Source: Christensenella sp. UBA6345
GTDB lineage: Bacteria > Bacillota > Clostridia > Christensenellales > UBA1242
Reading direction: 5' to 3'
Assembly (NCBI GenBank): GCA_002437945.1
Contig: DJSB01000048.1
Location: 5,114 to 69,113 of the forward strand
DNA: 64,000 nucleotides
Below the pieces are notes generated by a model. That model was not told where the DNA came from, did no database searches, and saw only the letters and a list, made by a program, of their open reading frames with translations. Both the position numbers and the translations under genes were made by a program. Each line of letters opens with the position of its first letter. The first letter of the stretch is position 1. Below, in pieces: positions 1-11,200 of the stretch.

Positions 1-168
1 AGATATTAATTTACTATTCATAGCAACTAGTTCTTTAGCATGCTTTGGAGCATTGTTTTGAACAATTTTGCCATTCTCTACTCTAAACAAGTTACGGTCT
101 TCAACTTTTACTTCATTTTCTTTATTGATTTTGTATTCTTCCATTTTGTTAAATAGATTCTTTGCCAT
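1..168 (-). CDS. hypothetical protein, N-terminal 56 codons only (gene runs off the window start)
   Basis: ATG at 168-166 is preceded by AGGA (about 8 nt spacing). The frame stays open to position 1 (MAKNLFNKMEEYKINKENEVKVEDRNLFRVENGKIVQNNAPKHAKELVAMNSKLIS...). A consensus promoter lies upstream at 242-270. It is not RpsL, the usual gene downstream of rpoC. No family recognised. Confidence 0.4.
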   Translation of the reverse strand, partial: MAKNLFNKMEEYKINKENEVKVEDRNLFRVENGKIVQNNAPKHAKELVAMNSKLIS

Positions 169-241
169 AGTTAATTCCTGCCTTCAAAAATATTATTATA
201 GAGTCTAACTCTTACTGACATTTCCATTTCATTACATCTAG

Positions 242-270
242 ATTATAGCAAGAAACCTATCAATTGTCAA
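242..270 (-). promoter_or_regulatory. sigma-A-type promoter: TTGACA - 17 nt - TATAAT with TGn extended -10
   Basis: Minus strand reads TTGACA (270-265), ATTGATAGGTTTCTTGC (17 nt), TATAAT (247-242). It lies just downstream of the rpoC terminator and about 70 nt upstream of the ATG at 168. Confidence 0.5.
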
Positions 271-307
271 TACCCAAATTTTCAAAATTTTAAATATTTT
301 TAAACAC

Positions 308-337
308 AAAAAAATCCCCAATATAAAGGGGATTTTT
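308..337 (-). terminator. rho-independent terminator of rpoC
   Basis: Minus strand reads AAAAATCCCC-TTTATATT-GGGGATTTTTTTG, a GC-cored hairpin followed by a 7-T run. It starts 6 nt after the rpoC stop codon (343-345). Confidence 0.8.
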
Positions 338-342
338 CAATA

Positions 343-3300
343 TTAAATAGCGTCATTTTCGTCAAAGAATTTTGCTACACTTTCATCAACTTCTGTATTG
401 GATTCTTCTAAAGAATTAGGATCTACTGGTTCAACATTTTTAAATGCTTTGAATCCAGTACCTGCAGGTATAGGTTTACCAATCATCAAGTTTTCTTTCA
501 AACCACGAAGATGGTCAACTTTACCCTTAATAGAAGCATCAGTTAATACTCTTGATGTCTCTTGGAAGGAAGCAGCACTTAAGAAACTTTCGCAACTTAA
601 AGCAGCCTTTGTAATACCTTGAACCAAACGTTTTGCAGTAGCAGGAACACCGCCTTCGCTTAATACTCTATCGTTTTCTTCTTCATACTTGAATACGTCA
701 ACAATATCGCCAGCAAGTAAGTTGGTATCACCTACTTCTTCAATCTTAACGTTACGTAACATCTGTCTAATAATAATTTCAACGTGTTTTGTATTAATCT
801 TAACACCTTGTGAAGAGTAAGTAGCCAAAATTTCTGATAAGATATATTCTTCTACATCTCTTACACCACGTGTACGTAAGAAATCTTTAGGATAAATTGA
901 ACCTTCAGTTAATACTGTTCCGGCTTCAACTGTATCGCCATTTTTAACTTTTAATACAACACCGAAAGGTATGATGTAGTGTCCATCACCTTCTGGATTC
1001 TTAACAAAGACTTCGTAATATTTACCACCATCTTTACCAGCGGATTGAACTTCTTTAACAACTACCTTACCAGCAACTTCAGCAACAGTAGCAACACCCT
1101 TTGGTTTACGTGCTTCAAACAATTCGGCAACACGTGGAAGACCTTGTGTAATATCGGCTGCGTTGGCAACACCACCGGTGTGGAAGGTTCTCATGGTTAA
1201 TTGGGTACCTGGTTCACCGATTGATTGGGCAGCAATAATACCTACGGCTTCACCAATAGGAATAATATTATTGTTACTCATATTCTTACCATAACATTTA
1301 GCACAAACACCATGTTTTGAACGGCAAGTTAATACTGTACGAATAGTTACGCTTGTAATACCACATGCTTCTACTTCGTCTGCTTGTTCTGGTGTAATCA
1401 TTGTATTAGCAGGAATAATGATTTTCTTTGTTTTTGGATTAACAACATTGTCTACAGCAAAACGTCCTACAATACGTTGTTTTAAACTACATACTGGAGT
1501 ACCATCTTTTGAAATAGCAGATACTGTTAAACCTTTAATTTTTTCGCCGTTGCTTTCAAAACAGTCATCTTCAATAACAACCACGTCTTGTGCAACGTCA
1601 ACTAATCTACGTGTTAAGTAACCAGAGTCTGCTGTCTTTAAAACCTTATCGGCTAGACCTTTACGTCCACCACGGCTACTTAAGAAATACTCTATAGGAG
1701 TAAGCCCCATACGGAAGTTAGATTTAACTGGAATATCAACTTTACGACCAGATGTGTTAGCCATAATACCACGCATACCGCAAAGTTGTAGAATTTGACC
1801 TGCGTTACCACGCGCACCTGAATTAGCCATCATTCTAACTGGGTTAAGAATATCCATCTTGTTAAGAACGATACCTTCAAGTTGTTTGGTTGCATCTTTC
1901 CATAATTTGATATTTTTTTCTAATTTTTCATCTTCTGTAATGAAACCACGTTTAAAGAATTTGTTGTTTTCGGCAACTTTTTGTTCGATATCAGCAACTA
2001 TTTCGTCTTTCTCTTTTGGAATTTCCATATCGAATACGTTAATTGTAATAGCACCAATTGTTGAATATTTATAGCCAATACCTTTAATATTATCTAGCAT
2101 TTTAACAGTTTCGGTAGTACCTAGAGTGTCAAAACATTGTTTAATAATTTGGTCTAGACCTTTCTTACCAACAACAAAGTCAATTTCGTAATTATTAACA
2201 TTTTCTTTCTTTGTACGATCAACAAAGCCTAAATTTTGTGGAATACCACGGTTAAATATAATTTTACCAACAGTAGTTTTTACTCTTGATGTATATAGTT
2301 GTCCTTCAAATTCTGAAGTTCTTCTTACGAAGATTGGGGCTTGGATATCAACATTTTTGGTTTGATATGCCATAATTGCTTCTTCTTCAGAAATAAAGCA
2401 CTTATTTTCACCCTTTGCACCTGGTTTTTCAATGGTTAAGTAATAAGAACCTAATACCATATCTTGTGTAGGTGTACAAATTGGGTCACCAGTTGCAGGT
2501 TTTAACACATTATTAGAACTTAACATTAAAATACGTGCTTCTGCTACTGCTTCTGGGCTTAATGGAACGTGAACTGACATCTGGTCACCATCGAAGTCTG
2601 CATTAAATCCACCACAAACAAGTGGGTGAAGTTTAATTGCTCTACCTTCAACTAATACTGGTTCGAAGGCTTGAATAGACAATCTGTGAAGAGATGGTGC
2701 ACGGTTAAGCATAACTGGGTGATCTTTAATAACTTCTTCCAAAATATCCCATACACATGGTTTTTGGGTATCAATCAAACGTTTTGCTGATTTGAAGTTA
2801 AGAGAAAGATTACGTTCAACAAGTTTATGCATAATAAATGGCTTAAATAATTCTAGAGCCATTTCTTTAGGCAAACCACATTGATACATCTTAAGTTCTG
2901 GTCCTACAACGATAACTGAACGTCCTGAATAGTCAACACGTTTACCAAGTAGGTTTTGTCTAAATCTACCTTGTTTACCCTTTAAGTTTTGGGTTAAAGA
3001 TTTAAGTTCACGTTGTTTAGGTCCAGCAACTGCTTTACCACTCTTACCGTTTTCAATCAAAGCATCAACGGCTTCTTGAAGCATACGTTTTTCATTACGA
3101 ATAATAACTTCTGGAGCACCGATACTCATAAATTTCTTTAAACGATTGTTACGGTTAATAATTCTACGATACAAATCATTAATATCACTGGTAGCGAATC
3201 TACCGCCATCAAGTTGGATCATAGGTCTAACATCTGGTGGAATAACTGGTAATACTTCAAGAATTAACCATTCTGGACGGTTACCACTCTTTAGAAGTGA

Positions 3301-3945
3301 ATCAATAATCTCTAAACGTTTATTTATTTTTAATTTCTTTTGACCTTTAGCAGTTAAACTTGCTTTTGTAAGTTCTTCATGCTCTTTTTCAAGGTCTATT
3401 TCGGCTAACAATTCTCTAATTGCTTCGCCACCCATACCAACTTTACAGCAACCATTGCCGTATTGTTCGATAGCATCACGATATTCAATATCGTTGATTA
3501 ATTGGAATTTAACAAAGTTGGTTTTACCTGGATCTATAACTATATATGATACATAGTAAACAACCTTTTCCAATTGTTTGGTATTAAGATTAAGAAGAGT
3601 ACCAATACGACTTGGAATACTTCTCATATACCAAATGTGAGCAACTGGAGTAGCCAATTGGATATGACCCATACGTTCACGTCTAACGCTACTTTTAGTT
3701 ACTTCAACGCCACACTTGTCACAAATAACACCTTTATGACGAATACGTTTGTATTTTCCGCAATGACATTCCCAATTCTTTTTAGGTCCGAAAATACGTT
3801 CGCATAAAAGGCCGCCCATTTCTGGCTTATGTGTACGATAATTAATAGTCTCAGATTTAGTAACTTCACCATGACTCCATTCAAGGATTTTTTCTGGAGA
3901 AGCCACACCAATCTTCATAGACGCTAAATTGTTTAATTCAAACAT
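343..3945 (-). CDS. rpoC: DNA-directed RNA polymerase subunit beta' (1200 aa)
   Basis: Full-length ORF with the N-terminal Zn-binding [23 protein letters not shown], the catalytic NADFDGDQM motif, and trigger-loop/bridge-helix-like segments. Start lies 9 nt after the rpoB stop; the TAG stop is embedded in TAGGAGTGAAAT-ATG (SD GGAG). Confidence 0.98.
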   Translation of the reverse strand: MFELNNLASMKIGVASPEKILEWSHGEVTKSETINYRTHKPEMGGLLCERIFGPKKNWECHCGKYKRIRHKGVICDKCGVEVTKSSVRRERMGHIQLATPVAHIWYMRSIPSRIGTLLNLNTKQLEKVVYYVSYIVIDPGKTNFVKFQLINDIEYRDAIEQYGNGCCKVGMGGEAIRELLAEIDLEKEHEELTKASLTAKGQKKLKINKRLEIIDSLLKSGNRPEWLILEVLPVIPPDVRPMIQLDGGRFATSDINDLYRRIINRNNRLKKFMSIGAPEVIIRNEKRMLQEAVDALIENGKSGKAVAGPKQRELKSLTQNLKGKQGRFRQNLLGKRVDYSGRSVIVVGPELKMYQCGLPKEMALELFKPFIMHKLVERNLSLNFKSAKRLIDTQKPCVWDILEEVIKDHPVMLNRAPSLHRLSIQAFEPVLVEGRAIKLHPLVCGGFNADFDGDQMSVHVPLSPEAVAEARILMLSSNNVLKPATGDPICTPTQDMVLGSYYLTIEKPGAKGENKCFISEEEAIMAYQTKNVDIQAPIFVRRTSEFEGQLYTSRVKTTVGKIIFNRGIPQNLGFVDRTKKENVNNYEIDFVVGKKGLDQIIKQCFDTLGTTETVKMLDNIKGIGYKYSTIGAITINVFDMEIPKEKDEIVADIEQKVAENNKFFKRGFITEDEKLEKNIKLWKDATKQLEGIVLNKMDILNPVRMMANSGARGNAGQILQLCGMRGIMANTSGRKVDIPVKSNFRMGLTPIEYFLSSRGGRKGLADKVLKTADSGYLTRRLVDVAQDVVVIEDDCFESNGEKIKGLTVSAISKDGTPVCSLKQRIVGRFAVDNVVNPKTKKIIIPANTMITPEQADEVEACGITSVTIRTVLTCRSKHGVCAKCYGKNMSNNNIIPIGEAVGIIAAQSIGEPGTQLTMRTFHTGGVANAADITQGLPRVAELFEARKPKGVATVAEVAGKVVVKEVQSAGKDGGKYYEVFVKNPEGDGHYIIPFGVVLKVKNGDTVEAGTVLTEGSIYPKDFLRTRGVRDVEEYILSEILATYSSQGVKINTKHVEIIIRQMLRNVKIEEVGDTNLLAGDIVDVFKYEEENDRVLSEGGVPATAKRLVQGITKAALSCESFLSAASFQETSRVLTDASIKGKVDHLRGLKENLMIGKPIPAGTGFKAFKNVEPVDPNSLEESNTEVDESVAKFFDENDAI

Positions 3946-3954
3946 ATTTCACTC

Positions 3955-6900
3955 CTATTCTTCGTCATCATCATCGCCAAAATCGTCAAATAAAGCAGAT
4001 TCATCAAATAAACTATCAAAATCTTCTTCTAAATCTAAGTCAGCGTTGTTTTCGTTATTATTATTGTTGTTATCTTCAAATTCTAATTCAATATCTTTTT
4101 GTTCTTCACGTGGCTTTGTAACTTCACTAAAGGACTCGGTATTATCAGCATTCAAATCAGACAACTTAAATTCTTTATTTTGATCAGTAAGCAATCTTAC
4201 ATCTAGGCATAGACCTTGTAATTCCTTAATCAATACCTTAAATGCTTCTGGAACTGATGGCTCTGGTAAAGGCAATCCTTCAACAATAGCCTTGTAAGTA
4301 TTATATCTACCTTCAACATCATCTGATTTAACAGTTAACATTTCTTGTAGCAACTTACTTGCACCATATGCTTCAAGTGCCCAAACTTCCATTTCACCGA
4401 ATCTTTGTCCACCAAACATAGCCTTACCACCTAAAGGTTGTTGAGTAACATAAGCATATGGACCAGTAGAACGAGCATGCATTTTATCGTTAACCATGTG
4501 TTCTAGTTTAATATAGTACATATAACCAACAGTTACTGGGTTTTCAAATGGTTCGCCAGTACGTCCATCGTACAATTGAATTTTACCATTCTCTGGGAAG
4601 TTGTTTTCTTTTAATAGTTCTCTAATATCGCTTTCTTTAACACCATCAAATGCTGGAGTAGCAATATTGATACCCAATGCTTTTGCAACTAATCCCAAGT
4701 GAACTTCCAATACTTGTCCTACGTTCATACGTGAAGGAATACCTAGTGGGTTAAGGACAATATCAATAGGTTGTCCATTAGCCATAAATGGCATATCTTC
4801 TACTGGTAATATTCTTGATACGATACCTTTGTTACCATGACGTCCTGCCATTTTATCGCCCACGCTAATTTTACGTTTTTGTGCGATAGTAACTCTAACC
4901 ATCATATTAACACCAGTTTCTAGATCGTCTTTGTTCTTTCTACTAAAGATTTGAACATCAACAACTACACCACTAATTCCATGTGATACACGTAGAGAAG
5001 TATCTTTAACATCTCTTGCTTTCTCGCCAAAGATTGCTCTTAACAATCTTTCTTCTGGAGTTGGTTCAGTCTCGCCCTTTGGTGTAACCTTACCTACAAG
5101 AATATCTCCTGGTTTAACTTCAGCACCGATTCTAATAATACCATTTTCGTCTAGGTCTTTTAGAGCATCTTCGCCCAAGTTAGGAATATCACGAGTGATT
5201 TCTTCATCGCCAAGTTTTGTGCTTCTGCACTTAACTTCTGCTTCTTTTAAGTTAATAGAAGTATATACATCTTCTTTAACCAATCTTTCACTTAACAATA
5301 TAGCATCTTCGTAGTTATAACCTTCCCAGTTCATAAATGCGATAAGCATATTCTTACCTAGTGCAAGTTCACCATTTTTAGTGCTATATCCATCAGCCAA
5401 GGTTTCGCCTTTCTTAACCTTTTGACCTGTTTTTACAATAGGTTTTTGGTTAACGCAACTTTCTTGGTTGGTTTTTGAGAATTTAATTAAATCGTATTTA
5501 TCTACAAAACCATCGTCTGTAGTAACTTCAATATGAGATGCATCAGAACTTGTTACTGTTCCGGCATTCTTTGCTACGATAATTGCACCATTATCTAGAG
5601 CAATTTTATGTTCTAGACCAGTACCAATCATAGCGGTTTCGGTAGTGATAAGTGGAACTGCTTGACGTTGCATGTTCGAACCCATCAATGCACGTGGAGT
5701 ATCATCATTCTCTAGGAATGGAATACATGCTGTAGGTACAGAAATAAGTTGTTTTGGGCTAACATCTACATAATCAACCATATCTTTACTTACTTCCAAA
5801 ATAGTATCTAGGTGACGGCATGCTACATGGTTATTAACGAATGATCCATCTGGATTAAGTGGCTCGATAGCCTGTGCTATGTAGCAGTTTTCATCTTCGT
5901 CAGCCATTAAATATACTACTTCATTAGTAACTACACCTTTCTCTTTATCTACTACTCTATAAGGAGTTTCAATAAATCCATATTCATTAACTCTAGCATA
6001 AGTAGCCAATGAGTTAATAAGACCAATGTTACCACCTTCTGGTGTTTCTACTACGCAGATACGACCATAGTGGCTATGGTGAATATCACGAACTTCGTCA
6101 GTTGCTCTATCCTTCTTAATACCGCCAGGTCCTACTGCTGATAATCTACGTTTTTGTGCCAATGAACTTAATGGATTCATTTCGTCCATAAGTTGGCTTA
6201 ATTGGTGACTTGCCAAGAAATCTTTAAATGCTCTATTAATAGGTCTAGCATTAACAACTTGGCTAGGTGTAATGTCAGTTAAATCATGACTTTGTAAAGT
6301 TTCTTTAACAGCATTAACAAGTTTGTTCATACCGCTTCTGAAACTATCTTGTAATAATTCACCAGCACCTTTAATACGACGGTTGCATAGATGGTCAACG
6401 ACATCTATTTCACCAATGCCAGCATTAAGATCCAAGAAATAACTTACACAACCTAGTATATCGTCCATAAATAATGTTGTACCAACAAGTTCTTTAGCAT
6501 GTTCTTTAATGGCTTCTACTTTTTCTTCTTTAGTCTTAAGGTCTTTAATAAGTTCCATAAGAGTAGGATAATGAACCATCTCTGTAATGCCAAGTTCGGC
6601 TTCGTTGCATTTAACAATTTCGGACACTCTAACACGATTGTTACCAACCATTTTGTGTGGCTTACCATCTGCCATAACAACGATTTCGTTGATACCATTA
6701 CGAGCAAATGTACTTGCAACTTCTTTAGTAATTGTTTCGCCTGCTTTAACCAAAACTTCTTTTTTAGTCTTGATATCTTCAGCAGCAACTAATCCAATAG
6801 AACGTGTTCCAAGGTTTAATTTTTTATCAACTTTAAAACGTCCAACTTTACCTAAATTGTAATATTGTGTACTAAAGAATTGGCTAAATATAAATTGTTT

Positions 6901-7668
6901 TGTGGCTTCGGCACTAGGAATTTCACTAGGACGTGTCTTTTTACTTAACTCAATTAATGCATCATGTTGGGTTTCAACCGAGTCTTTGTCCAAAGTAGCA
7001 CGCATAATGTCATTGTTACCATAAATATCTAGGATTTGTTCACGAGTAAATCCAAAACATTTTAGGAATACGCCAAGTCCAATTTTGCCACCTTTATCTA
7101 GGCAAACTCTAATATAATTAGGGTCTTTTTCCTTTTGTTCCATCTCTAGCCAACTACCACGAGTAGGAATAAGGGTACAATTGTAAAGTTCCTTACCAGT
7201 TTTGTCTATAGTCCTAGCATAATAAGCACTTGGACTACGAACTAATTGGCTAACAACTACCCTTTCTATACCATTAAATATAAATGTGGCTTCGTTAGTC
7301 ATATAAGGTACATCACCTAAAAATACTTCTTGCTCGATTACTTCGCCAGTTTCTTTAATAACAAGTCTAACTTTAACCTTTAAAGCAACAGAATAACTTG
7401 TACTTTTTCTCTTTGCTTCTGCAATAGAAATTTTAGGTTCTGGCTCTAGAGTGTAATCAAGAAGATATACTTCAGCCTTACCGCTATAATCGGTAATAGG
7501 AGAAAATTCTTCCAATGCTTCACCAATGCCTTCTTTAATAAAGCGGTTGTAAGAATCTTTTTGAATTTCAAGTAAGTAAGGTAAATCAATTATCTCTCTT
7601 GCGTGACCAAAAGTATAACGTGTAGTATTACCATACTTAATCTTTTTTATGTTCTCTGTATTAAGCAT
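3955..7668 (-). CDS. rpoB: DNA-directed RNA polymerase subunit beta (1237 aa) with an acidic, Asn-rich C-terminal tail
   Basis: Hallmark segments: SQLSQLMDEMNPLSSLAQKRRLSA (rifampicin cluster I region), RHGNKGIVSRILP, GGQRFGEMEVWALEAYGA. SD AAGGAG lies 5-7 nt upstream of the ATG. Confidence 0.98.
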   Translation of the reverse strand: MLNTENIKKIKYGNTTRYTFGHAREIIDLPYLLEIQKDSYNRFIKEGIGEALEEFSPITDYSGKAEVYLLDYTLEPEPKISIAEAKRKSTSYSVALKVKVRLVIKETGEVIEQEVFLGDVPYMTNEATFIFNGIERVVVSQLVRSPSAYYARTIDKTGKELYNCTLIPTRGSWLEMEQKEKDPNYIRVCLDKGGKIGLGVFLKCFGFTREQILDIYGNNDIMRATLDKDSVETQHDALIELSKKTRPSEIPSAEATKQFIFSQFFSTQYYNLGKVGRFKVDKKLNLGTRSIGLVAAEDIKTKKEVLVKAGETITKEVASTFARNGINEIVVMADGKPHKMVGNNRVRVSEIVKCNEAELGITEMVHYPTLMELIKDLKTKEEKVEAIKEHAKELVGTTLFMDDILGCVSYFLDLNAGIGEIDVVDHLCNRRIKGAGELLQDSFRSGMNKLVNAVKETLQSHDLTDITPSQVVNARPINRAFKDFLASHQLSQLMDEMNPLSSLAQKRRLSAVGPGGIKKDRATDEVRDIHHSHYGRICVVETPEGGNIGLINSLATYARVNEYGFIETPYRVVDKEKGVVTNEVVYLMADEDENCYIAQAIEPLNPDGSFVNNHVACRHLDTILEVSKDMVDYVDVSPKQLISVPTACIPFLENDDTPRALMGSNMQRQAVPLITTETAMIGTGLEHKIALDNGAIIVAKNAGTVTSSDASHIEVTTDDGFVDKYDLIKFSKTNQESCVNQKPIVKTGQKVKKGETLADGYSTKNGELALGKNMLIAFMNWEGYNYEDAILLSERLVKEDVYTSINLKEAEVKCRSTKLGDEEITRDIPNLGEDALKDLDENGIIRIGAEVKPGDILVGKVTPKGETEPTPEERLLRAIFGEKARDVKDTSLRVSHGISGVVVDVQIFSRKNKDDLETGVNMMVRVTIAQKRKISVGDKMAGRHGNKGIVSRILPVEDMPFMANGQPIDIVLNPLGIPSRMNVGQVLEVHLGLVAKALGINIATPAFDGVKESDIRELLKENNFPENGKIQLYDGRTGEPFENPVTVGYMYYIKLEHMVNDKMHARSTGPYAYVTQQPLGGKAMFGGQRFGEMEVWALEAYGASKLLQEMLTVKSDDVEGRYNTYKAIVEGLPLPEPSVPEAFKVLIKELQGLCLDVRLLTDQNKEFKLSDLNADNTESFSEVTKPREEQKDIELEFEDNNNNNNENNADLDLEEDFDSLFDESALFDDFGDDDDEE

Positions 7669-7975
7669 AATTACTCCTTAAAATTTTTGCAAGTACCATT
7701 AACTTTAATAAAATTTCTTTAGTTTTGTTGGGGTTTATGTAACAAAACAAGCAATATTTATCTTAGTAAATTTGGAAAAAACTTAATGATTAGACCTAAA
7801 CGTAAAAAAAGGCCTATGCTATACTCTTTTAAAAACGACAAAAATCGCCTTTAATTCTAGCATATTTAACTACAATTATATTAATTTAGTTATTACTTTT
7901 GTTAAGTAAAACCATCAAATTAAACCCCTAGTGTCTGAATTTTGCGCATGTTTCAAACACTACTATGCAAGCACA

Positions 7976-8004
7976 ATTTTAGCATGATCAATTAATTATG
8001 TCAA
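7976..8004 (-). promoter_or_regulatory. candidate sigma-A promoter of rpoBC: TTGACA - 17 nt - TAAAAT with TGn
   Basis: Minus strand reads TTGACA (8004-7999), TAATTAATTGATCATGC (17 nt), TAAAAT (7981-7976). This implies a 5' leader of about 300 nt before the rpoB ATG (7668). AT-rich context, so chance matches are possible. Confidence 0.45.
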
Positions 8005-8132
8005 CTATGTAATTGGCTATTTTCAAAAATAATTAATATTTTTTATTAATTTTAATCACTAATTCCCTATCATAAACAGACTATTAATCATTATTTTTAT
8101 TATAAAATATCGCACAGAGATATATTAATATA

Positions 8133-8170
8133 GAAAAAAAGACGCTCTCGAATAATCTCGAGAGTGTCTT
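8133..8170 (-). terminator. rho-independent terminator of giant gene 1 (hairpin flanked by A- and T-runs, potentially bidirectional)
   Basis: AGACGCTCTCGA / TCGAGAGTGTCT form a 12-bp stem with one mismatch (C.A on the minus transcript) and a 6-nt loop. A TTTTTTT run follows on the minus strand. The hairpin begins about 40 nt after the stop codon at 8211. Confidence 0.75.
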
Positions 8171-8210
8171 TTTAAGAAATACCATATTAAAGTATTACTA
8201 TTTAATAATG

Positions 8211-11200
8211 TTAAGCACCAGTTGATTCAATCTTAAATACAAATGTTGTATCTTTACTGATTTTCATAGATTTAATTTTATCTTCAATTGAAGATCCATC
8301 GTCTACAGTAATTTCAGTATATGAACCATCTTCTTCAAGAATGTACCATGTAACTTTAATACCGTCATTAGCATAGAATTGAATGAATTTACCTTCATAG
8401 TCATCTATAGTTGTATCAATATCAATTGTCATACTTAACTTTTTGTGTTCAGAATCTGAAGTATCAGTATAATCTCCAGTATAGTAACTAGAAGATCCAG
8501 CGTCATATGACATATAAGTTATAGTTACAAGTTTAATATATTTCATATATATTTTCTTGTCACATGTGCTTATTTTCTCATCAAAGTCATATAGTGTTGT
8601 AAATGACTCATCAGCATAATAGTTATCAAATCTATAACCCGATATAATTTCAACATCTTTTGTTGGTTTTGTAGCAGAACCACCCACTTCAACATATTGA
8701 GTATCGAAGATACCTGTAGATTCGTCTATTGTATACACAATATTAACTTTATAAGTAGCATAATAGTACACAGTAATATCACTAGTTATATTTATAGTAT
8801 CAATAGAAATATCTGTATTAGGATCATTATTATCAGTCAACCAATAAGATTTATCTGTTGGAATAAAGTTATTAGGAATATCTGAATCCTTTATTTTTCC
8901 ACCCTTATCTACTTTAATAGTCTTATTTACTGCTACACCATCTGACGCATATTTGCTATCAGCAATAAATGTTACATTATAAGTTCTAATATACTTCAAA
9001 TAAACATCTAGTTTAGTACTATTAATTTCTTGTTCAAAGTCATATGGAGTATTACTGTCACTATAGAAACCTGTAAATCTATATCCGTCAATATCTTTAA
9101 TAAATTCATTAGCATGAGTTTCTTTAAAAATACTACCGAATAATAATGAATTATCAGTTACATTTTCTATAATTGCCTGATTATTCATGTCAACATAGTG
9201 GTATGTTATTACAACATTATCAGGAATTAATTTTGCATTCAATGTAATATTTCCAGTAATAGGTATATTCTCATAATCAAATGCAGTTTCTTCGTCATCC
9301 AAATACCAATATTCTACATTTGTTGTGTAACCAACAGGTGCTGATTTAACAGTTGTTGGAACACTATCTACAGAAATGTACTGGTTGTATTTAACCTTAA
9401 TTGATGCAGTAGTACCATTGTTAAATGTTACTGTATATTCAATTGGTTCATAATATGCTTTTAAGGTCAAATCTTTTTCTACTGGTTCATTTGTATTATA
9501 TTGGTCGCCATATTCAGTCCAATACTTAAAGGTATATCCAGGTATATTAACCTTACTTAAAAGTTCAGTATATCCATTAGCACTAGCAACATTGCTACCA
9601 TGAACAACCTTTAATGTTTTGTTCAATGATAAATTCTCACCATAAATAAACTTAACATTGTATTCTCTTAACTTCCATTTAGCAGTAAGTGTCATATTTG
9701 AAGTTACTTTAGTATTATCAAAATCAAATTTAACATTTTCATCATCATAATACCAGTAGCCAAATTCATTCTCGGTCAATCTATGAGTTGGAATTGCTTT
9801 TGGTTTTACAACATATGAATATTCATCAATTATTTGATCATCAAAATCACTCGGTTTCTCATCTTTTTCATTATTTAAATCAAATTTAACCGTATATGCT
9901 CTTTGCCAATATGGATAAATAGTATATGTATCAGTAGTTTGCTCTACTTCTGTTTTTCTATCAATTTTTATAGTCTCTTTTGTTATAGAGAATATAGTTT
10001 TTGTAGTTACTCTAGTTGAATCATACCTTGAATGATTGTTATCAAAAGATTCTTTGTTATCTCTGTCTGCATAACCTGCTCTATCATAATTATCTTCACC
10101 TAGATATTTATCCAACATCTTTCGAGATTCCTTTACTTTTGCCTCATCATCATCAGACATTCCTTTTGTTGACTTATTTGCCCATTCTACCCAATAGTTC
10201 CAAGTAGATATTGAAACATGATACCAACCATCTGGATTAACTCTATAAATACAATTTTTATCATATGTAGTATCCATCAATTGTTGTTTTATATCTTCAC
10301 GATCATTAAATGTAAAATCGTCAATTGATCCATTGTTCTTTATAAATAGAGTACCAATGCTTGGATTAGTATTAGGATCATCAGGTTCATCATTTTTTAT
10401 ATAGTCCTTATTTTTATCTAAAACAATCATAACTTCTTTATCAACCCATTTAGCATATATCCTACATACTAAATCATTACCTGATTGTGTAAATGTAAAA
10501 TTGGATTCAGATATAACTTCACCAGATGAAATTTCTCTTTTCCCAGATTCATCTTTTGTCCATACTTTTAATGTTGAATTTTCAGTCTGCATTATAGGAA
10601 GTGTAATTTGATCCCCATCATAATATACTTTTCTGGTAGTTGGATATTTACCAGTCTTATCGTAAAATTCTATAATATAAGACTTAATATCACTATTAGC
10701 AGGGAATGAAGATGAAGGTTCTGCATTAAATGACATAACAACTGAAATATTAGTATTAATTGTACCCCAGAAATTACATGCTCCATATGCGATTTTTTGA
10801 GTTCCATCTTCAAGATTTTTCTTGCGATCACCATTCACATCTCCAGGAGTTTTTTGTTCACTATATGCATCATTTAATTTAAATGGTGTAACCCCATCAT
10901 CTGATAAAGTACCAGTATAATCGTATACATCAGCCCATATACGAGCACCACCCCACCATAGTCTCCAACCAGTGCAATATCTTCCAGAAGTAACAAAATA
11001 ATCATGAACGGCAAACTTATTATTATCTTCAACATTACAGTTATTATTTTCCATTGATGTATTTGAATCAGAATATGCAATATATGTCAAATTGTATGCA
11101 TTATCTTTAATTCCACTATCTCCTACTGTATGTGGTTCTTCTTCATACTTATATGTTGTATAATTTCCACCATTATTATTATCCACATTCAAAACATTGT

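Noticed and set aside
3955-4170. Acidic, Asn-rich C-terminal extension of RpoB (…EDNNNNNNENNADLDLEEDFDSLFDESALFDDFGDDDDEE) as an unusual domain
   Set aside because: Acidic C-terminal tails of variable length are common in Bacillota RpoB (B. subtilis has one). The Asn run is consistent with AT-driven low complexity.
398-7000. Plus- and minus-strand ORFs of 60-97 aa inside rpoC and rpoB (398-622, 979-1200, 1418-1621, 1859-2074, 3146-3343, 3574-3807, 3699-3911, 3929-4183, 6499-6792, 6516-6788, 6587-6862)
   Set aside because: They lie wholly inside two unambiguous, highly conserved CDSs. They have low-complexity Ser/Phe/Leu/Asn-rich translations typical of off-frame or antisense reading of AT-rich coding DNA, and no SD sequences.
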